Assembly (NCBI RefSeq): GCF_052425735.1
Contig: NC_135762.1
Location: forward strand, 23,374,001 to 23,438,000
Length of the DNA: 64,000 nucleotides
Source: Oculina patagonica
Lineage: Eukaryota
Direction: 5' to 3'
Of the stretch, positions 50,941 to 62,683 are shown piece by piece. Under the pieces are notes generated by a model, which saw only the letters and a program-made list of their open reading frames with translations, was not told the DNA's origin and ran no database searches. Made by a program: the position numbers and the translations under genes. Numbering within the stretch: the first letter of the stretch is position 1; every line of letters starts with the position of its first letter.

Positions 50941-51143
50941 CAAATAATAATGGGATGATGTGTCGAGAGAATGAACTCAGAAAAAAGTTCTGAGTTCACA
51001 GATGGAATTTGAACCCACGACCTTCCGTACACTAGTCGGACGCTCTAATCACTGAGCTACTGAGAACTCTAGTGGTGAGCAGTGGTCATTTGTGGGTGAC
51101 ACAACGACTGCATCGCGCAATCACATTATGTCAATGAACACAC
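50941..51143 (-). mobile_element. Short interspersed element containing an internal tRNA-like sequence, TSD ACATTT
   Basis: Minus gagttctcagtagctcagtgattagagcgtccgactagtgtacggaaggtcgtgggttcaaattccatctgtgaactc; acattt at 50935-50940 and 51144-51149; absent from copy A. Confidence 0.75.
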
Positions 51144-51340
51144 ACATTTTTCTCCATTTTTTGGCTGATTTACAGTCGGAAACTCTAGAACTGGGTACGG
51201 GAATGTAGACGGACGAGATTCCGTCGCATTTTCATGGTCAACGTTTTTGGTCAATGTCGCAGCCTTGTGCCTAACATTTTGGCGCCAAAACACACGCAGT
51301 TGTCGCAGTTGTTCTAGACGTTCCTGGGGCCACACGTATA

Positions 51341-51384
51341 ACTCGGTATACGTCGGTGTACGTCGGTATACGTCGGTATAACTC
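51341..51384 (+). repeat. 10-bp tandem repeat (tcggtatacg) x4 at a rearrangement junction in copy B
   Basis: tcggtatacg tcggtgtacg tcggtatacg tcggtataac. Confidence 0.8.
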
Positions 51385-52212
51385 GTTCAGGATGAAAATG
51401 GGAATCTTTAGTCAGCAATTTTCTGTCATTTAATGACTGTACTTAAACAATATTTTGTGTCGCCAGATATTATATTGACACTCCCTCTGTCAATGGCCAT
51501 TTTAAACAAATTTGCTCCTGTCATTTTAATATTTCTCAATTTTTCTGGGTGATTTAAATTGATTTAGGGACTGTTTCTTGTGTTTATTAGTATTTAGAAC
51601 TTAAAAATGCTTTGAGTTGGTGTATGTGGCTTGCTCAAAGCCAAGTTCATTTTAAAGCATGCACCCAATACAAAACGGATTTTAAATTTTCTAAATAAAG
51701 AAAAGAAAAATAAAAATCTTGATTTCAATTACACGTCGTGTCACGTACCGCGAATTGCAGTCAAGTGGTACAGTCGGAAACTCTTGAAAGGTCCGGGAAT
51801 GTAGACGGATGAAACTCCGCCGCATTTTTCACGGTCAAATCGGTCAAGGTCGTATTCTCATGCTTGTAGCCTGGATTTTGGCGCCAAAACGTACGCAGTT
51901 TCAATTGTTCTAGACGTTGCCCGAGCCCCACGTATAATGTAAAGGCCAAATTCTTTACGGAATAGCTACACCAATGCAACCACTTGAAAACTGACGCGGA
52001 ACGTGTTTTGATGCAATTGTTTTAGCAACTGCTGAGGATACGAAACCGCAGACATTCAAATAACACCCTGAAGGTTGAAATCGGCAAAACTCTCGGGGTA
52101 ACCTTAAAAATTTGGTGTGCACACTGTATTTTTATACTAGTATACTATTTTTTTACACTATATTTTTATCAATGTACTTTTATAGAATTTTATAACCAGT
52201 GATAGAGGGTTA

Positions 52213-52337
52213 TAGACTACGAGCAGTCCCTATTTTTTCGCAGAGTTCGTCAAACGTGAAACGAAAAAATCATTTATTTTTTTCGCTTCACGTTCGACGG
52301 ACCGCGGCGAAAAAATAGGGACTGCTCGTAGTATTTA
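52213..52337. mobile_element. Palindromic MITE (125 bp), 9-bp TSD AGAGGGTTA
   Basis: actacgagcagtccctatttttt / aaaaatagggactgctcgtagt; TSD at 52204-52212 and 52338-52346; empty site gatagagggttacgga near 47902. Confidence 0.9.
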
Positions 52338-53922
52338 AGAGGGTTACGGACTTTGACTTAAATGCGTAAGCACACAGAAAGAAAACAAAAGAAAAAAAAG
52401 AGGAAATATAGCCCTCTTCCTGAAAATTGTGTTTTTCATGCAGATTCGCTGTGTATTGAGTCAGTGATCGTTTTGACTATCAACATATGGTTGAGCCGCG
52501 ATTTGGGCAAATGCGACCTAAAAACGGCAAGTCTCGGTGAGACTGGACCCAGAGAACTTAAATAAATCTTTTTGGTGTCAGTGTGAACTGTGACATGTAT
52601 GGTAAAGCGATCTGTTTTAATAGTCTGGTGGAAACATTTGGCGGGAACGTAGCCGTGCAGGCCGCACGCACGTAAAATCGCGCCAAAACTTTTGCTATGA
52701 CGGATCGACGGCTACATATATTTAATGATTAGATTTATGGTTTCTGTGACGGAGGATAAAATTTATTAAATACGCAAGTTAACTTAATATTATTGTAATT
52801 TGCGTTGGTTGATTGAGTTGATATTGGACTTCGGTGAAAATTAATTAAGAACACTTCTGCTGGCTTCTACTGAAATCGTGCGATTGCGGCAAACGCATGA
52901 AGAAGCAAGTTTTACTTAATGCTATGATTTGAAATCAACTGAGACTTCAGCTTCGGTGCAGTTTTATGACATTATCCTGTAAGTTGTTAGGTCAGTTTAA
53001 GTTTATTTACACATTAGATTCAATGTTATATATCTAATAAGCCACAAACGATGCAATATTGGTTCTTACGATTATACTCCACAAGCGTCACTGAAGAACG
53101 TGAAAACAAGTTTATATTTGCCCTCAAAAAGGTGGGAAATTTCATTGACGGAACCAAGTCGTTGAGGTGTCCATGATATAAGAGGTGATATCAAAAAAAA
53201 TAAAATAAAATAATCTGTCAATAATAATTTACAGAATTTGGGCTAATTTTGTACACCAACGCGAAAAAGAGAAATGATCTTCAATCTTTCTAGGCTCCTT
53301 ATTATTGCCCAAATACGTCCTATCAATTAAAAGAGGGCGTTTTCCCCACTTTCGTTAAATGCGCAAACAACGAACTAAGCCGATATTCTTGAACGCGCGT
53401 GCGATAAAAAACAGCGAAAGTGTTCTTAAAGTGTCTGCGGTTCACACGGTCACACCCACGCGACGATGGAACGCCAGGCTGGCCGCACTACTGAAAACGG
53501 GCGCTTCTCAATACTGAATGAAAACAACTTTCGGATACCCAGGCATGTAGGATAAGATAAAAATGTAAGGCCAAGGACAATTCAAAACTACGCGTGACAG
53601 CGGACCGTGATTTAGTATCAGTTTGGCGCCAAAACTTCGTCTGCGCCGTAACCGAGCTCAACCGCCAAGTTATTTATAGTAAACACTGACAGTACAATAT
53701 TCTGTGCGATCAGTCTTCCAGTAAATTAAAACAATCATAAATTTCTAGTAGATGCTGTAAAACGTTTGCATATAGTAGTACAAATTATGACTCTCGTATT
53801 TTGCCTGCAATCATTACAAAGTGCGAGCAATTTCTTCTTTTCTCTTTGATGCAGTGAGCTGGATAAGGGACGGAATTATTTTTTTGGGGGGGGGGGGGAG
53901 AAAAATATAAAAAAATTTGGGG

Positions 53923-53966
<44 letters not shown>

Positions 53967-55980
53967 AAAAAAAAAAAAAAACCCCCCCCCCCCCGTAAAC
54001 GCGAAATTAGCGCTTAGGACGTATTGGTGACGTGATAATGGCACGTTAATTTTCGTAAAACTAATTTCTAATATTTTGTCGCTATATTATGAATCCTGTC
54101 CTTATGTAAAGGTAGCTCAAAACTTGGACCACAGTTAACTATGTTTGAGATATTTCAATTTTTTAAGATTTCATGTAACTGCTCGTTCTCAAAGTTATCT
54201 TATTTTGCTCCTGTTGTCAGCACAAAAAGTGTTTTTAACGCTCCTCGTTTAAACTCAATTACGTTCAATACTATTTCAAGAGAAATATTACCCTCTTTTG
54301 CTTTAATTTCCTTTATTTAGAATGACTTTGCTTTTTTATTTGCTTTTCCATTCGCGGTCATGATTTAAGTCCGGTTAATTGTAATAAAAAAGAAGCAGTA
54401 ATTTATAAGATGTGTTTAATTTTTTTACGTCAATATATCTCGTTCAGTAAGAAAATGGGAATCTTTAGTCAGCAGTTTTCTGTCGTTCAATGACTTCAAC
54501 ATACTTGACTAATATTTTGCATAATCAGATACTATATTGCTACTCCACCTTGTAAATGATCATTTAAACCAAATTAGTTCGTGCCTTTCATTTTGCTTCA
54601 TTTTCAAGTTTCGGCTGATTTAATTTGTTTTAGGGAACTAGTTTTTTACATTATAAGCCGTTTCTTGTGTTTAAGTATTAAGACCTCAAGCCGATGTTTT
54701 GAGTTGGTGCATGCGGCTTGCACAAAGCCACGTTAATTGTAAGGAATGCACCCAATACAAAACGGATTTTTAAACTTTCTAAATAAAGATGGGAAAACAA
54801 CAAAATCTTGATTTCATTTACACGTCGTGTCACGTACGAATTATACTCGAGTGGTACAGTCGGAAACTCTCGAAAGGTCCGGGAATGTAGACTGACGGAC
54901 AAACTCCGTCGCATTTTTCACGGTCAAATCGGTCAAGGTCGTAGTCTCATACTTGTAATCTGGATTTTTTTGCGCCAAAACACACGCAGTTGTTCTAGAC
55001 GTTCCACGAGCCACGCGTACAAAGTCGGCAGGCCTTTTCGGCAACTTCTGAGGAGATAAAACCGCAGACAAGCAAATAACAACTTGGGTTAAAAAGAAAA
55101 ACTCTCGACGCGAACTTGAAAATTTTAATTGCAGTGCAACGCAAGAGTACATCATTGTCTCAATGTGCAGACAATAAGTTATGGGTATTCACCTAATTAC
55201 TTATCTTCTACATGCGCAACATGAAAAGAAAAGATTCTAGTCCACTCCCTGCAAAATATTGTGTTGTTCAGATGCACCATGTATTGAGTGTGTTTTGATT
55301 CAGTGATCGTTCTGACAACTACCATATATGGCGATACGATTGGTCCACGATTTGCGCAAATGCGACGGAAAGACTGGAAAAGTCTCGGGGAACTGGAACC
55401 TAGCTGAGTAGTTTTGTGACCAGTTTTCGACACATTTGTCACAGTCTGTAAATTTCGCGCGGACTTTCAGCCCTCCCTATATACAGACCCTGACAAGTCA
55501 ATCAACAACTGATAATTAGCGCATCACCTCTCATGCAACACGTTTATACATCACGACCAGTAAAATCTTGTAACTGCTATCTTTGATTTACAGACTTAAA
55601 TAGATCTAAATAAACATTTCTGGGTCTATAATTTTGCGGAAATAATTTGTCTTTGGATTCTTACAGCACAACTGGTACTTAATTTCGTGTTATGTTTTCC
55701 CAACTAGCAAAAAGATGGTAAACCTAGGCCGCGACCGTGATCTTTTCGCCTTAACTTAGTGTTTCTTATTTCATTGATGGGTCAATTCAAAAACTAATGC
55801 ACAGCCATCTATAGCCAATCAGAGGAGCAAAGATGTTACTTTCTCGTCCAGTCAGGCCCAAACCCCAGGAAACTGACCAATCGTGATTTGAGTTGGGCGA
55901 CTTTTCTTCCCGCGCTTTGCACTTGGTCAGGACTCAGGATATACATGCGCTTGTATTGTCGTACAGTTGTTTTTATCTTT

Positions 55981-56455
55981 CATAGATGCATAGATGCTTT
56001 ATTAAAACTAAATTGCAACCCAAAGGTTGAATAATATAGTTTTTTTACACAAAAAATTACAATGGTTAAAAAAGGTTAAAATTCCTTATATATATATATA
56101 CAAAATGAAATATACAGCTATGAAATGTCAAATATTTAAAATTTGAGCGCATTGCTAAGAATGAATGAGTTCTTCAATCTATTTGTCTTAAAATTAGCAT
56201 TGAATTTTCGTTTCTTCCTCAAATTGTAATGACAGGTGTTCCTCTCTGGGAGTAAATTATGGAGTTTGTTATTCCTGTCTTCTGCAATCTTTGAAAAAAG
56301 CTTGTTCGTTAGGGACTGTCTTCTTGCTGAAAGAGTTTCAAGACCAGCCTGAGCCAAGGCTTCTTGGTAGGGCTTGAAAGGAAAAATGATGCGCATTGCC
56401 CTCCTTTGGATCCTCTCTAACTCTTCTGAAAGATACTTTGGAAGACTATCATGGT
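55981..56455 (-). mobile_element. 5'-truncated L2/CR1-group LINE
   Basis: HDSLPKYLSEELERIQRRAMRIIFP...YQEALAQAGLETLSARR...HYNLR...KTNRLKNSFI; the 3' end reads aataaag(catctatg)x2. Confidence 0.9.
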
Positions 56456-56944
56456 CAAGCTTAGTTTGCACACACACGCGCGCGGCAAGTCGGCGGCTGT
56501 TCTTCACCGTTTCAAATGGTGATTACAGAAGAAGTTCTTGTTGCTTACTTTAGCATGGCTGCCCGCGTACTGGACTGCAATAGCTCTGTTTGAAGCACAA
56601 GTGACGTTTTCCGAGTGCCTTTTTTTCCCAAATGGAGATCTGTATACATAAATGACACCACAGTTTGCGCAGCCTTTACTGACACTGGTCCGTAAACAAG
56701 GTTTTTTTTTGTTCTGAAGGGAACTTCTAATCAGTAGCATAGGATCAAGAGAAGATGATCAACTTTTCAGTAGTGCACTTGGTAGTATAAATGGTAAACA
56801 ACAAAACAGTCCTTACATCTATCACAAGTGGGATTGTGGTGGGATACCTCACTCGCCTTGCGGGCTCGCTTGGTTCGCGCGCGAGATTATTGGGGTCTCT
56901 CGCCTCCAAACCTTTGCGCGACACTTCGAGAGGAAAGAGACTGT

Positions 56945-57210
56945 TAAGGCGGTGTTACAGTGGGACAACTTGTTTTAACGATTTTTCACGCAACACCGCG
57001 TCAACTTTTGGTGGTATGTTTAACGAGTCAACTTTTCGCGCAACATCGTTCAAAATGTACTTGGCAACGTACATGTTACACGAGACTATTTTCAGCGCAA
57101 CATCGACTTGCAACATTTCGCGTATCCGAACAACGCGCGTCCAGGCCATGTTGAACAGAATTCTGGGAAGGTGTTGCGCAAAAAAAATGACGGCGACCCT
57201 GTTACAGGCC
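56945..57210. mobile_element. Degenerate MITE of the taagg..gtgttacac / cgcaac-repeat type
   Basis: taaggcggtgttaca start, repeated cgcaaca motifs and an internal tgttacacgagac; right end unclear. Confidence 0.45.
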
Positions 57211-57736
57211 ATATAAGCGCGCAATAGCGGATAAAAAGTAGTTTACCACCCTGGTGAAATCGTTTCAATTTTATCTCACATTTTTTAATTTACATATAAC
57301 ACGAAAATACGTGTTAAAACTCAAATCAAAGAATTGCATACATTCCGGGACAAGGACTTAAACGTACTTGGTTCTTGTTTATAGCGACTTTTAAAATAAT
57401 TGTGACAACTAATTTACAATTAATATCGCGACCAATGACTGTGTGTTAAGTTTAACCATTTTTTCGCGTTCGTGCAGATAAATAAAGCAAGGGAAAACAA
57501 CTCTTAAACTAAATGTGAAAGACCCTTACATATAACATCACAAAAAATACCCCCACTAGGAACAAATGTTTGAAAAAACTGTTTGTTTTTAAGGTGCACG
57601 AGTTTGCAAACAGCACATATGTTTGTGTCTACATCAATCGTCTCTTGACGGTGTTGGGCAATCCTTTTTGCTAAGGTTAACCCTTCTATCTACCTACTAG
57701 CTAGAATAAATAACTTCTCGCGTTCAGTCTTTTGAG

Positions 57737-58543
57737 TTATGCTTTCCGCACAGCCTCTACATACCATTTTTCGTGCCACTGGGTGACGTACCCCGAACTA
57801 GCGAGTTTTCTGTGACCGGACATCTCTGATGTTTTAGACTGAGTTGCTGGTAGTCTGACTTTCTTTTTCTTCTTCTTAACCTGGACTTCGCGCTTCGCAA
57901 AAGCACATGTTACCGGCCTTTCCTTTATCTCGATCTTTTCCACCAAAGAAGGAAGCTTGCCTGATTTTTCCAGCTCGTTTCGCTTCCAAATCGTAAAGCT
58001 ATCGTAGCCGAAGATTGGACGATCGGGAATACGCTCGGATTCACCTAAGGAAATTCTCAACTCTTCTGGCTCTAAGTGCGTCATGTAATCGGGACGTTCG
58101 TAAACTTTGGACTTGTCCGACGTCTTGTAACTTCGCTTTCCATACGTTACTTTGTATCTCTTATGTTTCTCCTCCTCGCTAAGCTCCTTTACTTCTTTGC
58201 CTTTTCCATCGTCGTGGTAATACCACTCTGGAACTTTATACTCTTTCGGCGCGGTGTTCTTGCCTTCGTTTTCTCGATAGCATAACAGGTTTCTTCTCCC
58301 GCCTGTTTTGGCCAACTTCAAGTATTTAGAGTCGGTCTCTAGAATGTGCCTGACGTATTTTTTCTCCTTTAAGTTGGTGCTTTCCTTTGGCGCCTCCTTG
58401 GTTAAGTCTGGTACTTGTGAAATAGGAATACGCCGTGCTGCTTTTGAATCTTGTTGTTTCCTTCTTCGACTCGGGACATAGTAACAATACCATATCTCCT
58501 CGTTTTCCGGCCTGTCCAGCGGCTTGTAAAAAGGCTTAACCAT
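57737..58543 (-). CDS. C7orf57: C7orf57-family protein, 268 aa, uninterrupted CDS
   Basis: Motifs colinear with human C7orf57 as I recall it: WYCYYVP (WYYHVP), PISQVPDL (PASQIPGL), ETDSKYLKLAKTGGRRNLL (ETDSEYVKLAKQGGRPDLL), VPEWYYH, PDYMTH, FGYDSFTIWKR, VRLPA, KLASSGY..W. Confidence 0.85.
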   Translation of the reverse strand: MVKPFYKPLDRPENEEIWYCYYVPSRRRKQQDSKAARRIPISQVPDLTKEAPKESTNLKEKKYVRHILETDSKYLKLAKTGGRRNLLCYRENEGKNTAPKEYKVPEWYYHDDGKGKEVKELSEEEKHKRYKVTYGKRSYKTSDKSKVYERPDYMTHLEPEELRISLGESERIPDRPIFGYDSFTIWKRNELEKSGKLPSLVEKIEIKERPVTCAFAKREVQVKKKKKKVRLPATQSKTSEMSGHRKLASSGYVTQWHEKWYVEAVRKA

Positions 58544-59090
58544 TTTAACACCGGAAACAAACGACCCAAATCAAATCCCAGACAACCTGAGGAAATTGAT
58601 TCATCAATAGAACGAAAGTTTTTTTGTGATCTTGGGCCAAGATAAAGTTTTCTAGAAATGTATCCTTTTTTAACGTAAACAATTATTCCATAGGACGTTG
58701 AAGTAATTTGTTTACCTTTATACCCGCGGCTAACGATCAAGGAAATTCTCCAGCGCGATCTTATAACGCTGAAGAACTGTAAACAAATCTCTGTGGAGAA
58801 TTTTATGCGAAATAATTTGCAGCTGCGGTAGAAAGACGCTTTGATGCACAGCCGAAAATGCAACCGAACACGATTACATTAAAGACCTAAACGGAGTAAG
58901 CTTAACTCCTCCCATCATAAATGATTCATCTAAAACGTGCTCATTAGCACTCGATAGCAAGTAAGATTAGAGATGATGTTATCAATAACTGAAAGAAGAA
59001 CTTACATTTATGATAAAGGACCAAAAGTTAACGTTTTGGAAACATTCTCACCGAAAAAAAAACTCCCCCAGTCAACATTAAGTGATTATA

Positions 59091-59330
59091 AGGCGGTGGC
59101 AAACGAGAGCACAATAATGCGGAGAGATTTTGTTGCGGATCGGACACAAATGTTTCCCTGTTTGCCCCGTGCGGACACAAACTTTGTCGGTGTCCGAGAC
59201 AAAAAAGTGTCAGTCTGATTTCTTTCAGAAACATTTTGTGTCCGTAACAAATGTTTGTCTTATTGCTTACCGAAAAATCATCACAGGCAACAATGTGTCC
59301 TCTACAATGTGTCCTCGTTTACCACCGCCT
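59091..59330. mobile_element. MITE (240 bp) with TA flanks
   Basis: ta|aggcggtggcaaacgag ... ctcgtttaccaccgcct|ta; internal cggacacaaa / tttgtgtccg inverted motifs. Confidence 0.85.
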
Positions 59331-61266
59331 TAATAAACTGTGAATAAAACACAATCCTTAAGCTTTTCTCGAGTTATGGCTTCCGTTCTTTAACATTTCC
59401 TCGCCTTTTTATGCTAAATGTGTAAATAAAATTTCACTTTTTAAGTGCACTTACCCTCTAAAGTTCAGGTGAAGTTTATTTCTTTTCATCGTGAAACTCT
59501 CGCGCAGGGCGCGCGCGCTAATTAGTATTGCCACAAAAGATGACGTTAATCAATGGATAACAATCAAGAGCAAAGGTAATTTGTTTGATTAATTGTTAAT
59601 GAGGAAAACGTAGTTTTCGTTAGAATGGCCTCTAATGATGTACAATACAAAACTTTTATTTTATTTTTGTGCTTAACGTTTTCGGCGTACACGAAGAAAC
59701 CGTAAAAGCCAAATGTTGACTATCGAATATTAGACCGCCCTTGCAAATCCAAACAGATCGCTGAGAGCCGGCCATAGCCATAAAGTTAGTACGGCCAATG
59801 AGAATAAAGTTTCATTGTGGGCGCCGTCATATTAAAAAAAAATTTTTGTTATTTTTTCAAAAATTCAGTTTGTTTAAAACGTTGAACGTGAAAATTCGTA
59901 CCTTGCTTGATTTATTGCGCGCTTCGTTAAAACCTGTCACGTGACGTGATACCCTTTTACTAAACTGCTGAGGGATATTTTGGCTTTGAAATTGAAAATG
60001 AAATTGAGTTTAGCACGAGCTTGGAGAGCGTATCAATGGCGGATATTTTCAGGTTAGGGAATGTTCGAATAATAAACAATATTTCCAGCGAAAAAGTTAG
60101 TAAGATCTGTTTGATATGTTCCTTGAATTGAAGCTCAAAAGTTTTCTAGCGTTTCACTTACGAGAAACTATTATCAGTCCCTTCAGGTCAATTGACTTTC
60201 GTCCTGCTTCGTAACGTGGGAGCTTTCGGGCACCTTCCCTTGATACTTTGCGCCCATGATCTTTTGCGATATGCCGAAAAAAAATTCCAATAGGCCCCTG
60301 GGAACAAGGCAGTATAAGGTCCGCGGCGAAGAGGTTATTGTTTATATTTTATTGAAAAAAGGTAAAAAAACCGATCTGAATTCGGAGAAAAACGTGGCAA
60401 GCGCGGAAATACTTGCGTAAGCTGATTGATTATCCAAAAGACAACTTCGATTGACTTAAAATTTACTGGTGAGGGAACGCTTTGCGTGTTTGTAAACCAA
60501 TATTTTGACCTCAACAAACGTCAGTCAAAGTTGTTGTTGTTACCAAGAAACGAATGAGTCACTTCTATAAAAACAGAGATGTAATTCTTGTTAACTGTGT
60601 ACAGAGCATTAAAGAATCGTGCAAGCACGATTAACAGTTAATCCTAAGTTAATTATCGCAGGTGACGCGGTGACCCTGCCTATCAAAAGGATTATAAAAA
60701 TTATTGCAATGACTTTAAAATCTTGGGAAACAGGTCAACACAACTGCGTGGATTGTCAAAGCAGTTACAAAGAAATTTATTAACTTTACATTAAGTCCGC
60801 CACTCCTTTTTCTCCAATTAATCCACCGTGTGGTTAATGATGGCGACTGGTACATTTATCTGTAATTCCAAGCGCGCGAAAACGCTAAAAAACGCTTATA
60901 AAAACGCACAGAAAAGCTTAGCTTGAAAAACTTTACATTCCACATGAAAAAAAATTTAGTACAAGGACAAATGTATAGCCGCCATCTTTTTCCGTACCTG
61001 TGGATTCCAATTGCAGGCTTAGTATAGCTTCCTTTTCATCGCGCGCGCTTTAGCGGGCTATCTTTTTTGAAAGAGCAACAATAAACTTCAAAACTTTGGC
61101 ACGTAAAATGAAGGTTTAATTTCGGTATGTAAACGTCTTGGACATACAAGGATTTATCTGCTATTTACACAGTATTTATAGGACATAGAACGATACATCC
61201 ACTTTTTAAATGATGTTCAATAACTTAAATCAGTCAGCAGCACAAGTACCATTTCCGACTGGAGCC

Positions 61267-61396
61267 TAGCTTGCGTTATTTCGCGCACGAGAGCTTTGTT
61301 TTGGCGGTGGTCTCTAACGAGAGCGGCGTAGCCACAAGGAAATCTCGCCGCCGAAACAAAGCACTCGCGCCAAAATCCCGCCAGCTACGCAGGTCA
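61267..61396. mobile_element. Degenerate tagcctgc-type MITE
   Basis: tagcttgcgt ... acgcaggtca; flanks actggagcc / actagagtc (9 bp, 2 mismatches). Confidence 0.6.
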
Positions 61397-61608
61397 ACTA
61401 GAGTCCACTCCCTGAGATCGGCTTCGACTACGGTTTCGGTGTCGCTAAGAAAAATGACGTATTCGTGTGGCCACTGCTAGAATAACATTCAGAGAAAATA
61501 AGCAGGGAAATTAAGTTCTTTGACCGAGATTTGCCTAAAACGTCCCTTGTTCCAGCCACCCCTTACAGGAATGTACAATGATTGTGACGAAGTAAACATC
61601 TGTGAATT

Positions 61609-61825
61609 TAAGGGAGCTATGTCACCGTTAGCCAATCTTGTAATTTTTCAAGACACGTTTCATTTGTAAGCCATTTCAATCATATCAATACTTCTTTTTT
61701 ATTCTTTTTGTTTTGTTACTTCCTTAGTTTTTTTTAACTTAGTAAACTTTTATATTAAGGTTCCCTCGATTTGATAGCAACTTTGTAAATCAAAAAATTA
61801 CCCAATGTTCCGGACATAGCCCCTA
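61609..61825. mobile_element. Degenerate TIR element (Kolobok-like start ttaa-gggagctatgtc)
   Basis: agggagctatgtc / gacatagcccct. Confidence 0.5.
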
Positions 61826-62077
61826 GGATTTTCTTGCATCATTCACGATGCTGTCTTTGCCAACGTCAAAAAGATATTTTACAGCATAATTCCGATATAA
61901 CGAACAAACATTTATTGTTATAATTAGTTTTACTTTTTTACATGTAAGGAAGTTCGGATATAATTAACAGTTCTTGTTCGTCTATATACCATGCATGCTA
62001 TACTTTTACTTTATCAAAATAAAAACAATTTTCTGAACTTATGAATAAACTTTTCATGTTGGGTTTTCTCGAGTTAT

Positions 62078-62683
62078 CTACCTCCATATTAGCCTGTGAT
62101 CGCTCCGGGCCTGTTTTCGAGGCGAGAAGTCCGACCAATGTGATGGGCGCCATCTTGGATCCGCCTCTGAAGTGAACCCCGGATGATAACGCGTTCGTGG
62201 ATACGCGCTCGCGTCAGTCGCGTCCTCGCGCAGCGTGGAATTGGCTTCGATGTAATGCAGCAGATTCTTCTGACCACCTTGTTTGGACAACCTTATAAAA
62301 TCAGAATCAGTGTCTCTGACTTGAGATTTCGACTGTTTGACCTTGATCTTCTTCTCATCCACGAACCCTCCTAGACAACTCACTTGAGAAATAGGCGGCA
62401 GTTTCAAGCCTTCGTGTTCACCTTCTGCAGGGAGCTGTCTACCTCCCATGGAAATCTGCGAAATGGGAGGCAGAACCCCCGAAGGGTAATTTGTACGATT
62501 GCGGCCATAGTTTTGCTGTTTCAGCGCTGCTGCTTGGGACATGCTTTGTTTTTTATGTTCGTTTATTTTGTCAGCTCGGCGTTTCTGTTCGAATTCGTCT
62601 GGGTCCACTCGGTTCTGAGGCAAACAGTCTATTTGTGAGATAGGAGGAAGAGATGTTGTATCAACGCCTGGAAAATTACGCAT
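62078..62683 (-). CDS. Divergent C7orf57-family paralogue, 201 aa, with a triplicated LPPISQ motif
   Basis: RDTDSDFIRLSKQGGQKNLLHY core; LPPISQI, LPPISQI, LPPISQV; in-frame stops upstream; splice acceptor (T)n-CTCAG at 62818-62819 in the 5'UTR. Confidence 0.82.
   Translation of the reverse strand: MRNFPGVDTTSLPPISQIDCLPQNRVDPDEFEQKRRADKINEHKKQSMSQAAALKQQNYGRNRTNYPSGVLPPISQISMGGRQLPAEGEHEGLKLPPISQVSCLGGFVDEKKIKVKQSKSQVRDTDSDFIRLSKQGGQKNLLHYIEANSTLREDATDASAYPRTRYHPGFTSEADPRWRPSHWSDFSPRKQARSDHRLIWR

Larger units (their letters stand above)
45190..55400 (+). repeat. Triplicated 3-4 kb non-coding unit (A ~45190-48140, B ~48140-52570, C ~52570-55400)
   Basis: tcggatacccaggcatgtaggat at 46396, 49987 and 53531; cacgtcgtgtcacgta at 47484, 51732 and 54821. 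B is lengthened by insertions and partial re-duplications. Confidence 0.92.

Noticed and set aside
50990-51070. Functional tRNA-Thr gene
   Set aside because: Irregular acceptor and anticodon stems, and it lies inside a TSD-flanked insertion missing from the paralogous copy.
53814-54044. Poly-Phe ORF
   Set aside because: Translation of probable homopolymer artefact.
62148-62165. 18-nt match cgccatcttggatccgcc between the CDS and the element at ~12438, suggesting TE exonisation
   Set aside because: No similarity beyond the motif; chance or a YY1-like word is sufficient.
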